A stretch of DNA of 58,998 bases, taken from positions 1 through 58,998 of IMG/VR virus record IMGVR_UViG_3300034682_000453. One strand, written 5' to 3'. The notes below the pieces were generated by a model. That model did no database searches. It was not told where the DNA came from and worked only from the letters and a program-made list of their open reading frames with translations. This stretch comes from a virus (lineage: Duplodnaviria > Caudoviricetes). Made by a program: the position numbers and the translations under genes. Of this stretch, positions 18,485 through 28,836 are shown one piece after another. The stretch's first letter is position 1. Each line of letters opens with the position of its first letter.

Positions 18485-20087
18485 TGCTCATCTCCTGCAT
18501 TGATGTCGCCAGCGTGATCCGTTCGACCTTTGAATTTCCTCTCACTTCAATTTGCCATTTGTATCCGCGAAATGCTGGCAACCTGAACGCGCCATCCGGC
18601 AGGATGGATGAAGACAAATCCAACTCTTGTACTCCGTCGATCAGTAATGTCATTCCGATTTTGCTGATGTCATCAGCGATAATTCGACAGCAAGAAAATG
18701 AGGTCCCCTGATCCTCGATGAATTCTTTACTGCGCCACCGGAATTCAACATTGCTTTCTGAGCTGCCACGCCATGAGTAGAGTGACGAACCTTTTGCCAG
18801 ATACAGGGCGTCGGCGGTCATGTCGTTATAGGCTGCATCCCATTGATTAGATAGCTCCCTGAAATCACCTGTTTTTGGGTCATAGATAAACCCGGTAACA
18901 TCTGTTAATCCGATGTACTTCCCTTCGTATGACCACGCTTTCAATGTTTCCGGACTCATTGCCTGCCACTGATCGCGGGAAATGATCCGCTCTGTAGCTA
19001 CGGACGCACCACTTTCAGTTACACCAACTAATCCATCCGGAGAGGCGTAAAGAACAACCCCATCAACCGACACCATAGATCGCTTGCTGATGCAGGCTTG
19101 CTGTACGTTAAGTTTTTGACTTGTGATTGATGCAGACGAAACACCGGTCATCACGTAGGGGTAGCCTTTTGTGCCAACCACTAGTGAGGTTCCGGCAGGG
19201 CAAATAGAAACCACATCATCTTCTGTCGTTAGCCTGTTGGCGTTCGGCCACGCATAGGGCAAATATGCGCCAGAAAACAACACGGTATTACCTGAAAATC
19301 CAGCCACAATACCATTCGCCATCAAACACAAGCCCTGCATGTCATCTGGCGGTGGAAGGTAGTCTTCCGTTGCCAGAATCGGCCCAAGTTGATCATCTGT
19401 TAGCGAGTCAATGAATGAGCCCACAGCGACATCCAGCTCCGTAACCAAGTACCAGCCACTGCTAGAATCACTTGTCGCACTGCGATATATGCGGCGACGA
19501 TTAATATTGTTGTTATTTGATTGCGGTGCAGAAAACAGTAGCTCAACTGATGAGTCAGGAATGGCGATAGTCACCTCTATCGATACCGCGCTCGGCGGCC
19601 CCTCTTCCCCGGTTGCCGAAACAAACGTCTGAATGTAGTACCGGGTTTCATCGTCAGTAGATGAATCATCAACACCACCCACTGGCGGCGTGATGGCGCC
19701 AATACCAACTATGGCTGATGGCGCGGGAACGCCAAGGCGGTAATATGCCGTTGGTCTTACTGCTCCCGATGTTGCTATATCTAACATGGTAACTTTGGGG
19801 TATTCACCATCCGTGTAATAAATCCGCCCATAGCCGTCCTGAGCTACCGGTGATCGAATAACATCCACATCACCAGACCACGAAAACCAGAAATCATCCC
19901 TATAATGAAAAATTGTTTTTGGTGTAAATGGGAATGTAACCGCATTAAGTTCATCATCATTGAGCGGAGAAATTATTCCGCTATCAAAGTGGCAATCCTT
20001 AGCCAACACGGCACATTCATCAGGCAATAGAAATGGCTCAACACGAGGCTTCATGCCCAGCATTGTGGTGATATCGATTGTCGGCAT
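18474..20087 (-). CDS. Tail tubular/nozzle (stabilisation) protein
   Basis: Beta-propeller-like motifs (FSGAYLPYAWP, YASPDGLV, WRSKEF); ATG at 20087 more likely than the upstream TTG. Confidence 0.7.
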   Translation of the reverse strand: MPTIDITTMLGMKPRVEPFLLPDECAVLAKDCHFDSGIISPLNDDELNAVTFPFTPKTIFHYRDDFWFSWSGDVDVIRSPVAQDGYGRIYYTDGEYPKVTMLDIATSGAVRPTAYYRLGVPAPSAIVGIGAITPPVGGVDDSSTDDETRYYIQTFVSATGEEGPPSAVSIEVTIAIPDSSVELLFSAPQSNNNNINRRRIYRSATSDSSSGWYLVTELDVAVGSFIDSLTDDQLGPILATEDYLPPPDDMQGLCLMANGIVAGFSGNTVLFSGAYLPYAWPNANRLTTEDDVVSICPAGTSLVVGTKGYPYVMTGVSSASITSQKLNVQQACISKRSMVSVDGVVLYASPDGLVGVTESGASVATERIISRDQWQAMSPETLKAWSYEGKYIGLTDVTGFIYDPKTGDFRELSNQWDAAYNDMTADALYLAKGSSLYSWRGSSESNVEFRWRSKEFIEDQGTSFSCCRIIADDISKIGMTLLIDGVQELDLSSSILPDGAFRLPAFRGYKWQIEVRGNSKVERITLATSMQEMSSGG

Positions 20088-20108
20088 TTGATTTTTTTCA
20101 GGAGGGAG

Positions 20109-20183
20109 AAAAAGAAAAACCCGCAACTCAGAGAGCGCGGGTTATTATTTGGATAATGTAACGCTGAAGATATTTCTGGTCAA
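20109..20183 (-). promoter_or_regulatory. Late promoter-pause-terminator unit 3
   Basis: TTGACC-17 bp ending AGCGT-TACATT, 5 nt, AATAAT, then AACCCGC...GCGGGTT hairpin and U tract. Confidence 0.7.
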
Positions 20184-20444
20184 CTATGCAGCCGATTGCT
20201 CTGGCGCGGCAACCTCAGCCGCGACAGGTTCTGGATCAACAAGCCCTGCTAAATCGGCATATGCTGCGCCGTCCGGTACTGCTTCTAAAAATGCATCTCG
20301 TTCTGTCTTGCAAAAACTTCTCGCTCGCGGCTGCCCCCGAGATATTTCAGTTTCATCATCAAAGATGATGTCAGTCCACATCACGTTGATCGCATTCAAG
20401 TGTTCAAAAACTTGAAAACTGCGTTCTGTTTTTTTATTTAGCAT
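20184..20444 (-). CDS. Putative tail fibre assembly/chaperone protein (86 aa)
   Basis: Directly downstream of the tail fibre; RBS AAGGA. Confidence 0.55.
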   Translation of the reverse strand: MLNKKTERSFQVFEHLNAINVMWTDIIFDDETEISRGQPRARSFCKTERDAFLEAVPDGAAYADLAGLVDPEPVAAEVAAPEQSAA

Positions 20445-20455
20445 TGTATATGTCC

Positions 20456-22003
20456 TTATGCGCAGTAATACGTGAATGAAAACCTGATGTGCGTATTTGT
20501 CTCATTAACAATGTCTGATGCCTTCATGTTTCTAACTGACCCATCCATATCTATACACATAATGTCGATGTAGTTATAGTTAGGGTGTAATGATCCGAAA
20601 ACAGCCCGAACATTCACTGATGCGCTATAAATTGCGAGAGGAACTGTGGCGAATTGCGAATTGTTTGGTACAAATGGCAGAGCATCAATCCGTAGTGGAG
20701 CATTGTAGTCATAGTGATCTGGCACAAATACAAGTCCGTGCCCTGTGACTGTATTTCCATTGCGATGCCAAAACCCATTGTTCCCATCACTGGCCATTGT
20801 TCCCTCACCGATCACAGCTAAAAGCGGTGTAAATACACCGGTAGAGACGTTGTAATTTGACGAGTTCCAGCGTCGAACCCACGATTGCTCTGTAAAGTTA
20901 ATCGCTCTGCGAAAATACTCTTCATCACTGTGAAAATGTGACGCTTCTTGCTTATACCAGCCGCCAGCACTGTGCTGCTGTTCTCGAAAATGAAACCAGT
21001 TTGGGCCAGGAAACGGGGCATTCGCGACGTTGTAACCATCCCACTTTTCGTTATAGTGCCAATTTGCATCTCCATCGTTGTGGTTTTTATTATTCAAGTT
21101 GGCATGGCGAATCAGGTCAACGTAGTCACGACGAGTTACAGATGACCCTTCATTGCTTTGCGGCTCACTAGAAAATAAATTTTTTACTACTAAATTGCTT
21201 GGTATATCTACATGATCAAAATCGCCAGCATAGTTAATCGAAAGAAAATTGCCCTCTGATGCGCCAAACCCAACCATCGCTCGCTTGTCATTGATGATAA
21301 AATCATGGCCATTGGTTCTAATTACTCCCCCTCGCAGATCTGTCGCTGCATTGGCAGCATCAGCAACTCGCGCGGAATCCACGCGCACGCCGTAAGTAGT
21401 CGCACCATTCCAGCCCATCAGGGTGGGATATGTTGCCATCCACGGGATAGTTGCATTTACGTTATTGATGTCGGTATCAGCAGGAGATTTACTCTTTGAT
21501 GCATCAAAAATTGTGTGTCCAGTGCCATAGTGGCGCCAGCGAAGTAATTGCGCCGGAGATCTCAAATCAAACTCAACGGGGCCAGACGCCCCACTATTCA
21601 TTGCCGACAAGTTTGGAACTGTCACTTGATTCCCGGCAGGACTGGTCAGCGTCACATTAGCGGCAGCGCCAGTAGCCCACGATTCTAGGTTTCCGTACTG
21701 CCCATTCGCATACGCGAGAGACTGCGAAATGCGCGATGACAATTCAGGGATCGTGTCAGTGACAGTTACCTGTATCTTGTATTTTTTTCCGGATGCAGTG
21801 GCGCCCTCCCATGCCTCAACTAAATAGAGTTCGGTGTCAGAATTAACGTAATCGACTTCACTGATGACGTTGTCGATCACACACATGCAGCCCTTGCCGA
21901 CTTTTTGCAGCAGATTGCTCAGCCACGACGTTCCGTTCCCGGTTACCTTTTTACTTCCGTTTGTAACCGCAACCGTGCCGGTTCTTACCCAAGTGCCAGC
22001 CAT
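20456..22003 (-). CDS. Tail fibre / receptor-binding protein (515 aa)
   Basis: N-terminal GTVAVTNGSKKVTGNGTSW attachment motif; YPTLMGWNGATTYGVRVDSARVAD fibre segment; mosaic C-terminus. Confidence 0.8.
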   Translation of the reverse strand: MAGTWVRTGTVAVTNGSKKVTGNGTSWLSNLLQKVGKGCMCVIDNVISEVDYVNSDTELYLVEAWEGATASGKKYKIQVTVTDTIPELSSRISQSLAYANGQYGNLESWATGAAANVTLTSPAGNQVTVPNLSAMNSGASGPVEFDLRSPAQLLRWRHYGTGHTIFDASKSKSPADTDINNVNATIPWMATYPTLMGWNGATTYGVRVDSARVADAANAATDLRGGVIRTNGHDFIINDKRAMVGFGASEGNFLSINYAGDFDHVDIPSNLVVKNLFSSEPQSNEGSSVTRRDYVDLIRHANLNNKNHNDGDANWHYNEKWDGYNVANAPFPGPNWFHFREQQHSAGGWYKQEASHFHSDEEYFRRAINFTEQSWVRRWNSSNYNVSTGVFTPLLAVIGEGTMASDGNNGFWHRNGNTVTGHGLVFVPDHYDYNAPLRIDALPFVPNNSQFATVPLAIYSASVNVRAVFGSLHPNYNYIDIMCIDMDGSVRNMKASDIVNETNTHIRFSFTYYCA

Positions 22004-22015
22004 TTTTTACTACCT

Positions 22016-22693
22016 CTACTGCTGAGTGGTTCGCTGGAAAGCCTGACTTTGAATTTGAGCCATAGCATTATCGGCGTTTGTTTTTTCACCAAGTTGCTGC
22101 AGGAAGGCGTTGTAATGACTGACCGCTCGATTACTGTTGGCAACATAGTCGGCGTCTTTGCTGTAGGCGCGTGACAAAATGAAATCGATGATCGGGTTGA
22201 TATAGATATCATCAAGATCGGCAACTGCTGGCGTTGTCACATCATTAACTTGTGCCAACGTTTTTGCCTGCGGCGCCACGGAATAGACCAGATTGATTTT
22301 TGCTGCGGCAATTACACCTGGATAGAGATAGAAAACCTTTGGATCGCGATCGTCATAGGTATACGCCGCAGCGTCAGCGGCATCTGCACTAATGTGCCAA
22401 TCCGGATAGTTATCATCCAAAGCCGACCGATCTATGTAGCGAATAACACGACCGCTGTCATTCCGAACCACATCAATTAGCTTTAACGCGTTAGACGGCA
22501 GCAGCTGTTTTGTCCCTGCCACACAAGTGAAATCAACATCTGCTGCGTTCGCATCAGGTCGCATTAGTACAATAGCTCGAACGGAATCATTGTAATAGTC
22601 GAGCAATTCTTGTTTAGGCCAGCGAGCCCAAATCTTGTCATTCAGCAGTGTATTGCAACGAGACAGGATGGTATCAACGGTTACAGTTGCCAT
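22016..22693 (-). CDS. Head-tail adaptor / tail tubular protein (225 aa)
   Basis: RWPKQELLDYYND...RPDA...LSRAYSKDADY pattern typical of podovirus adaptors. Confidence 0.7.
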   Translation of the reverse strand: MATVTVDTILSRCNTLLNDKIWARWPKQELLDYYNDSVRAIVLMRPDANAADVDFTCVAGTKQLLPSNALKLIDVVRNDSGRVIRYIDRSALDDNYPDWHISADAADAAAYTYDDRDPKVFYLYPGVIAAAKINLVYSVAPQAKTLAQVNDVTTPAVADLDDIYINPIIDFILSRAYSKDADYVANSNRAVSHYNAFLQQLGEKTNADNAMAQIQSQAFQRTTQQ

Positions 22694-22707
22694 TTATTGA
22701 GCTCCAG

Positions 22708-23292
22708 TTAAAAGAAACCCCGTGTTCTGACGGGGTTAGAAAATTCGGATTGAATCAGTTCATTGGATTGAGCAAGCCGGAACCGCGCGGCACGCCGATA
22801 GCCTTCGGTAAATTCCGAGTCATACAGTTGAGATCGCTTTGCGTCTGTCCATGGCATGCCGGGCTGCAGATACAAAAGCCTTGCTGCGCCAAATGCGATG
22901 GTTTCTGCGTGATCGTCGTAGAGTGGTTTTGGTAATGATGAAGCAGACTGAACCGGCTCAACGTTATAACCAATTGTCATACTGGTTATGTCTCGCTTGG
23001 CCGTCAGTTGATTGGCTGATATAGCGATGTAATCAATGCCGCCAGACAAAAGCTTGCCATCACCATCAACGATAGAGTTCAGATCGGATGATTTCAGGTT
23101 GTCGTTATCACAAACCGTGATTGACTGCCCGTCAATGACACCGGTAAGTGTTTTGCTATCAACCAAATATTTACTGTTACGACAGAAAATAATAGCGGCC
23201 TCAACAACAGCCGCTTTCATCATGATTTCAAGTGGTCCGGTAATATGCCGGCGCACAATGGGCAGAAATATTTCCGGATCAACCATGTCCAT
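22708..23292 (-). CDS. Head-tail connector protein (194 aa)
   Basis: FLPIVR...AAIIFC...ETIAFGAARLLYLQPGMPWTD pattern; synteny. Confidence 0.65.
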   Translation of the reverse strand: MDMVDPEIFLPIVRRHITGPLEIMMKAAVVEAAIIFCRNSKYLVDSKTLTGVIDGQSITVCDNDNLKSSDLNSIVDGDGKLLSGGIDYIAISANQLTAKRDITSMTIGYNVEPVQSASSLPKPLYDDHAETIAFGAARLLYLQPGMPWTDAKRSQLYDSEFTEGYRRAARFRLAQSNELIQSEFSNPVRTRGFF

Positions 23293-23729
23293 TATTCAGC
23301 AGCCTTACCCTGTTTTTCTTTCAGTGCGTCGCGGACACGAACCGCATAATCACGCACTAATTCGCCAGGGTTAATTTCAATGCCAAGGCTTTCAGATTCA
23401 ACGATAGTTTTCAGTTTGGTGCTGGTTAACTTGCCCAGATCGCCATAACCATCAACTACAAGACTTGCCGCTTCTAATTCGGCCAATCGATCTGCTTCTG
23501 CCTTTTCAATGGCCCGTTGCGCAGCGAGCAATTTTTCTTCCTGCTCTTTCTGCACTAACTCATAGTCAGCTTCTTTAACCCAGACATCTTTGTGCGACAA
23601 AAATTTATACGCCACATTTACAGGGACCGGGATTGGAATGCCTGCAGGAAACGATAGGTTTGTACCGTAAACGGTGTCTTTCTTTTCCGGCTTACTGCCG
23701 ATATAAACAAGATTGATTGTTTCAGCCAT
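23292..23729 (-). CDS. Hypothetical head-region protein (145 aa)
   Basis: YIGSKPEKKDTVYGT motif; translationally coupled to the next gene. Confidence 0.6.
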   Translation of the reverse strand: MAETINLVYIGSKPEKKDTVYGTNLSFPAGIPIPVPVNVAYKFLSHKDVWVKEADYELVQKEQEEKLLAAQRAIEKAEADRLAELEAASLVVDGYGDLGKLTSTKLKTIVESESLGIEINPGELVRDYAVRVRDALKEKQGKAAE

Positions 23730-23786
23730 GATGTTTTCCCTGAATAAAAAAGGCCCACCGAAGTGAGCCTTGATTAATTGATAGTT

Positions 23787-24182
23787 TTACAGAGTGCCAA
23801 CCACTTCATAGTGAGCGCGGAATGTCACTTTACCGGTAGCGGCAGCACCACCAACGACGAGCGATAATGTAGTGTTATCGACAGACGTCAATGCATCTTC
23901 GATTGGCTTGTAGCCAGAACTGGCCGCCGCACAACTGAGGCCCGCAATTAACGTGGCATCGCCGAGCTTAACGTCAATCGTCACACTCGCGCCCAGTGCC
24001 GCATTAATGTATTCAATACCCGTCAGTTTACATCCAGCCGGGAACTGACGACCCTCGATAACTGTGGCCGCTGCATCTGCTGCAAAAGTAAAACTGAAGC
24101 CAGCCTTTGAGCTATTACCTGCAGAACCTTGATAAACCGCCTTGCCCAGCAGGTTTGATTTTTTGATAGCCATATTTGCCAT
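23787..24182 (-). CDS. Putative capsid decoration protein (131 aa)
   Basis: Small beta-rich Ala/Gly/Thr protein immediately after the major capsid gene. Confidence 0.65.
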   Translation of the reverse strand: MANMAIKKSNLLGKAVYQGSAGNSSKAGFSFTFAADAAATVIEGRQFPAGCKLTGIEYINAALGASVTIDVKLGDATLIAGLSCAAASSGYKPIEDALTSVDNTTLSLVVGGAAATGKVTFRAHYEVVGTL

Positions 24183-24235
24183 ATTCCTTCATCAAAAAGA
24201 AAAGGCCGGACAATGCCGGCCATAACGATTCCCGC

Positions 24236-25444
24236 TTACAGAGTGATTGCGGTATCCAGTGCGATAACGCCGAGGTCATTGATCTTGCCGTACTTATCAG
24301 CAAAGCGGATTTTCTTGCGGCCATTGATCCAGCTGATAGAGATTTCAGTGCTATTGCCGTGATCGGCTGGCTCTTCATGGTAGTTAAACGAACCACCATT
24401 TTGTGCGCCAAAGGCCAATGCCATAGCCTGACCACCTAACAAAATCGCACGGTCGATATTGGTGGCCGCATTTACCTGCGCGATGGTTGCCGCGTTGTCA
24501 TTGTTGGAAATATTGACAACATCACCGGTTTTGAATCGGATCGGCATACCACTACCTTGGCGAACCAAGATGTTGCGCCACATCGCACATTGCCCTTTGA
24601 ACAATGGATGATTGAAACCTTTAGAGCGATTAACTGCGTTGGCCGTCATCGCCTGCCAGTCTTTACCCGCAGTTGATGTGTACCAGTCATTCCATTGGCG
24701 TGGAGTAACATTCAGCACATACCATGGGTCTTCATCCGCCATTTCATCACCAGCGAACTTAACGGGTGATAATGGTGTTGCCAGTTCAGATAAATACAGT
24801 GACAGATTATCCACACTAGCCAGGCTGAACTTATCTGCGGAGTCGATACTTGCAAATGAAGTGGCATCACCACCGAAGAAATGACGTTCATACGTTGGAG
24901 GCAGGACGTCATTCACCATAATTTTTTGATATTCTTCATCATCCGCCAGCGGGACGATAATGCCGGTGCCAGATACTGAGCCGCGCGCGCCAGCCAGATG
25001 AATGGTGGTTAACTGATCATCCAGTTGACCATAGTAAGAGCCGGTTAACAGAGTACGAGCTGTTTTCTTTAAGCCGTGCTTGGTTCGCTGTTGAGACATC
25101 TTGCCGCCGGCATCAACACCATGTCGGCCCTGATTGATTTTCAGTGCGAAGCTGGCCTGAGACAGGTTTTCTAAACGACCCTCCAGTTTCTGATCACCCA
25201 TGGTTGGGCGGCCATTCAACTGATGGAAGATCTGCATATCTACTTCGTCACCAGCCGTTTTGCTCAGATCGGTAACGCGTACAATGGGGGCTTTGTGGCT
25301 TGATTGATTCTTCGCGTTATCCAGCTGTGCTTCTTGTGGCGCTGAATCCGTCATCATGTTTGCAAACGATTTAGTGCGATTTGCTTCGGTAAATAACGCC
25401 GCCTGCATGATCTTGTTAGACATGGCGCTGGCTACTTGTGTCAT
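24236..25444 (-). CDS. Major capsid protein, N4-gp56-like family
   Basis: PIVRVTDLSKTAGDEV, GRPTMGD, HPLFKG, DRAILLGGQA, DLGVIALDTA motifs. Confidence 0.9.
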   Translation of the reverse strand: MTQVASAMSNKIMQAALFTEANRTKSFANMMTDSAPQEAQLDNAKNQSSHKAPIVRVTDLSKTAGDEVDMQIFHQLNGRPTMGDQKLEGRLENLSQASFALKINQGRHGVDAGGKMSQQRTKHGLKKTARTLLTGSYYGQLDDQLTTIHLAGARGSVSGTGIIVPLADDEEYQKIMVNDVLPPTYERHFFGGDATSFASIDSADKFSLASVDNLSLYLSELATPLSPVKFAGDEMADEDPWYVLNVTPRQWNDWYTSTAGKDWQAMTANAVNRSKGFNHPLFKGQCAMWRNILVRQGSGMPIRFKTGDVVNISNNDNAATIAQVNAATNIDRAILLGGQAMALAFGAQNGGSFNYHEEPADHGNSTEISISWINGRKKIRFADKYGKINDLGVIALDTAITL

Positions 25445-25513
25445 AAGTTTTCTCCAGAACTAGAAACGAAAAAACCCGCCGAAGCGGGTTAGTTGAATTT
25501 GATTTAGCGATTA

Positions 25514-26491
25514 CTAATAAGAGGCGTTAAGCAGCTTTTCTATCTCTTCCGTGCTCATCTTGCTCATTTCAGCCTGTATCTGAGATGTTGAAAGACCGGC
25601 GTAATATTCAGGGGTGCCGCGCGTTGCAGTCTCACGAACACTATTACCGATATCTGACGGGCTGTTTGGCAGCGAGTCTTCTTTCGCCTTCTTCTGTGGC
25701 TGTTGAGTTTGAGCCGGGTTAATTTCTGGTTTTACTGGGTCTTTTACATCACCAAATGCAGATGATGTGCGGCGAACCGCCTCCAGAAAACGTTCGCGAA
25801 CAGGCTTTGATTTCCATAATGGATCAGCCATTAACTCAACATCTTTAGCGACTGCATAATCAAGACGGTCTTGATCGACAGCTTTCCATGTAACAAGCTC
25901 TGGAATGCTATCAAAGGCAATTTGCACCTCTGAGCGACCATCATTAACCGGTGCTGCAGCTTTCGACTGTGACTGTTTAAGTGCATCAATCTCGCCAATT
26001 AAGCGTGAGAATGCTTTACCAACGGAAGGGAAGTCTTCCGACAAAGCGGCAAGCTCTTCATCAGACATTCCTTCTGCTTTATCAGCATCCAGATTGATAC
26101 CATGCTTATCCAGTACCGATTGCAACTTGTCTCGCTCAGCCCGAACAACCTTTAACTGCTGATTTTCCTGCTCAAGCGTCGCAGCCTTCGTGCGGGCGTG
26201 TTCAAGAACCTCATACGGGATGGTATGTTTGCCGTCTTTCGACAGGACAACCTTCTCCGGCTCAGCATCATCAGTTTTTTCAGTGCTGGTTGCATCGCTA
26301 ACAACTTCACCTTCTGCCGCTGTCGTCGCGGTGGTTACGACCTTTTCATTCGATTGTGTTGTTTCAACTGGCTTGGTTTCAGTAATGGCTTTATCGCCAA
26401 CTACATCACCTGATTCGTACTGCTCCAGTAATTTATCCAGAGCATCAACATCGCCAGATGCCATTGCTTCGTTAAGTGCCTGTTCGTCCAA
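25514..26491 (-). CDS. Scaffolding protein (325 aa)
   Basis: Acidic low-complexity N-terminus, SKDGKHTIPYEVLE and coiled coil; between portal and capsid genes. Confidence 0.75.
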   Translation of the reverse strand: MDEQALNEAMASGDVDALDKLLEQYESGDVVGDKAITETKPVETTQSNEKVVTTATTAAEGEVVSDATSTEKTDDAEPEKVVLSKDGKHTIPYEVLEHARTKAATLEQENQQLKVVRAERDKLQSVLDKHGINLDADKAEGMSDEELAALSEDFPSVGKAFSRLIGEIDALKQSQSKAAAPVNDGRSEVQIAFDSIPELVTWKAVDQDRLDYAVAKDVELMADPLWKSKPVRERFLEAVRRTSSAFGDVKDPVKPEINPAQTQQPQKKAKEDSLPNSPSDIGNSVRETATRGTPEYYAGLSTSQIQAEMSKMSTEEIEKLLNASY

Positions 26492-26608
26492 TTTTATTAC
26501 CTCGTTGGTTTGGGTTTTTTCGCGCCCTAGCGGGTAAGCACACTTGGTTAAATGCGCTTACCTGCTGAGTCGCAGAAACAAAAAAGCCCCGCGATATGCG
26601 AGGCTCAG

Positions 26609-26681
26609 AAACGAAAACGGCACTCCAGATGGAATGCCGCTATGATGGGAAGATGCTAACGCTGACGGATTAAAAAAGCAA
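26609..26681 (-). promoter_or_regulatory. Late promoter-pause-terminator unit 2
   Basis: TTGCTT-17 bp ending AGCGT-TAGCAT, 5 nt, CATCAT, then CGGCA...TGCCG hairpin and U tract; a second terminator lies at about 26578-26605. Confidence 0.7.
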
Positions 26682-26687
26682 CACTGG

Positions 26688-28835
26688 TTACGCAACTGAA
26701 TCGAGTTGTAATTCAATATTTAGCAGCAATTGGTCCTGCAACTGAGACAACTCGAATTTCATGCGCTCATTTTCAGTAGCAATAGCCTGCATTTCCTGCA
26801 GTAGTTTACCGGTCTGTGCCTGCTTCATGGCATCATCGTATCTCGCACTATCCATCTGTTGCTGAATTTGTGCAGCTTTAGCCTGTTGGCTTTGTGCTTC
26901 CGATTCCAGCTTGGCTAACTTCGCCATCACTTCGCGCATTGCCATTTCTTGTTGCTGTTGGACCTGTTGCTGTTGCTGTTGTGCGGCTTGCTGTTCTTCC
27001 GGTGTCATGTCGGATGGGTCTTTCGGGATCTGCAGTGCGTTGCGAACGCGCTCAATGAACTTATGCTTATTCGGGATATCCATCATTTCAGCAATCAGAT
27101 CGAACACAGCGCCTTGAACTTGCGGCGGCATCTGCCCGGTGACAGCAGTTAATCGCTCTACCAATTGCTGCTTGTAGATGGATGTTGTCTGAATTGGAGC
27201 TAACGCTATGTGTGCCGACAATCTGGTGATGTCGTTAGATAGAGAGCCATCTTCCTGAGTAACATTAATGGCCACTGCCTTGCGGTTGCGAGGGTCTTCC
27301 TTGTTGATGGTGACTTTATAGTTTCGCTTCTGTGCTAAATCATCAATCAGATAACCGAGGATCAACTGACCTAATTGCTCACATGCAAATCGATAATTGT
27401 CATTCACTTCCGCAAGCGTTGTACTCCCCTGCTCAACCAAGCTGGCAATAGCAACACCCGACTGTCCAGTGCTATCTTTCCCAAGGTAAGCCGCATAAAC
27501 CCCCATTGTATCCTGAATGAGTTTCATGCTGTCTTGCATAACAACAAACTGCTGCTGGGCAATATTGAAGTCTTGCTCAACCTTGAATACATCGGAAATA
27601 GATTTGTTGTTTTTACGGTCTGGGTTTAACTCAATTAAGCCGTCTGGGCGTTCCACCTCTTCCAGTAATTTTTCGCGGCTCATATTGGTTGCGTCTTTGT
27701 CCATGATGACGCGCTTGGCTTGCAGCAAGAACGTGAGCTTCAATCGGCGAAAGTTAACTTCATCCTGCGCCGGGATGGCACCGGCAATCAACCCGTATGG
27801 TTCCCCGGTGGAGTCTTTTCGGTAACCCCAGAACGGCACCAGCGGGAACATGCCATAAGGCGCTTTGCATGCGCGATCACCAATTTTGTGCGGACCAATG
27901 AACCAAGCTTCTCGGATTTCTTGAATTAAGCGGTCAGATACAAAGCCCTTGCCCATGCCAAGCAAGGTTGCGTGCAGCACATTGTTTTTATCGTAGGCAA
28001 CACAGCGACCGGATTCCAATTCGAGCACTGGCACCCGTTTATATACCCGGTAATAGATAACCTGCAGCAGAATACGTTTGCGGTCTGTTGATAGCCATTC
28101 CATTTTGCTGCGAGTAAATGCTTTGTAATCAGCAAAGGCACTCACTAAATCTGATTCGACACCATCTGCAACGAACGTATCAGCGAATCCAATCCAATCA
28201 CCAACAGCATAATCAATGATTTCGTCGTAACCAGGCACAACCACCTTAGCTTCATCGACATCCAGCCAGCGCTTGCGCATCAACCACCGGCAATCAGATA
28301 GATCTGCCTCTTTGCTCATCCAATCCCAATAAACCTCATCGCGGTGAACACTGATAATTTTGTAACGTGGCCCGAACGCATCAGCATTACGTGCCACTTC
28401 AATCCAGCCAAGACCGGCAGAGATTTGCTGCTTATAGGCATCCTGCCTTGCTCTATCTAATCGCGCCATGCGGCAGACATCGGAGAATTCGGAGTTTAAT
28501 GCCTCAGCAACCTCGTCGTACTCTTCATCAGGATCATCAGCAATCACCATTAATGCAGTGCGCGTCTTCGCTTCCATACCTAATACAGCGTTGATAGTTG
28601 GCTGTATCAGGTTGTGAATGGTTACCGGCTGACCACGCTCTTTCAGTACCGCTTTAACTTCTGGCGCCAACTGATCACCATCGTAATAAGCCATACAAGT
28701 GCGGGCCAATGATCGCCAGTCTGGCTGTTGATTAATATCATCCATCAGAGATGACAACTCTGTCGGAGTCATCATGCTCTTGCTGGCCTTCGCGTTTTCA
28801 TCTGCGATCAGCTTTGGTTTGAATACTCTTGGCAT
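26688..28835 (-). CDS. Portal protein (715 aa, P22/933W-like with C-terminal helical barrel)
   Basis: YYDGDQL...RGQP...NLIQPTINAVLGME, FPLVPFWGYR, QDEVNFRR, SGVAI; Gln-rich C-terminal coiled coil. Confidence 0.9.
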   Translation of the reverse strand: MPRVFKPKLIADENAKASKSMMTPTELSSLMDDINQQPDWRSLARTCMAYYDGDQLAPEVKAVLKERGQPVTIHNLIQPTINAVLGMEAKTRTALMVIADDPDEEYDEVAEALNSEFSDVCRMARLDRARQDAYKQQISAGLGWIEVARNADAFGPRYKIISVHRDEVYWDWMSKEADLSDCRWLMRKRWLDVDEAKVVVPGYDEIIDYAVGDWIGFADTFVADGVESDLVSAFADYKAFTRSKMEWLSTDRKRILLQVIYYRVYKRVPVLELESGRCVAYDKNNVLHATLLGMGKGFVSDRLIQEIREAWFIGPHKIGDRACKAPYGMFPLVPFWGYRKDSTGEPYGLIAGAIPAQDEVNFRRLKLTFLLQAKRVIMDKDATNMSREKLLEEVERPDGLIELNPDRKNNKSISDVFKVEQDFNIAQQQFVVMQDSMKLIQDTMGVYAAYLGKDSTGQSGVAIASLVEQGSTTLAEVNDNYRFACEQLGQLILGYLIDDLAQKRNYKVTINKEDPRNRKAVAINVTQEDGSLSNDITRLSAHIALAPIQTTSIYKQQLVERLTAVTGQMPPQVQGAVFDLIAEMMDIPNKHKFIERVRNALQIPKDPSDMTPEEQQAAQQQQQQVQQQQEMAMREVMAKLAKLESEAQSQQAKAAQIQQQMDSARYDDAMKQAQTGKLLQEMQAIATENERMKFELSQLQDQLLLNIELQLDSVA

Positions 28836-28836
28836 A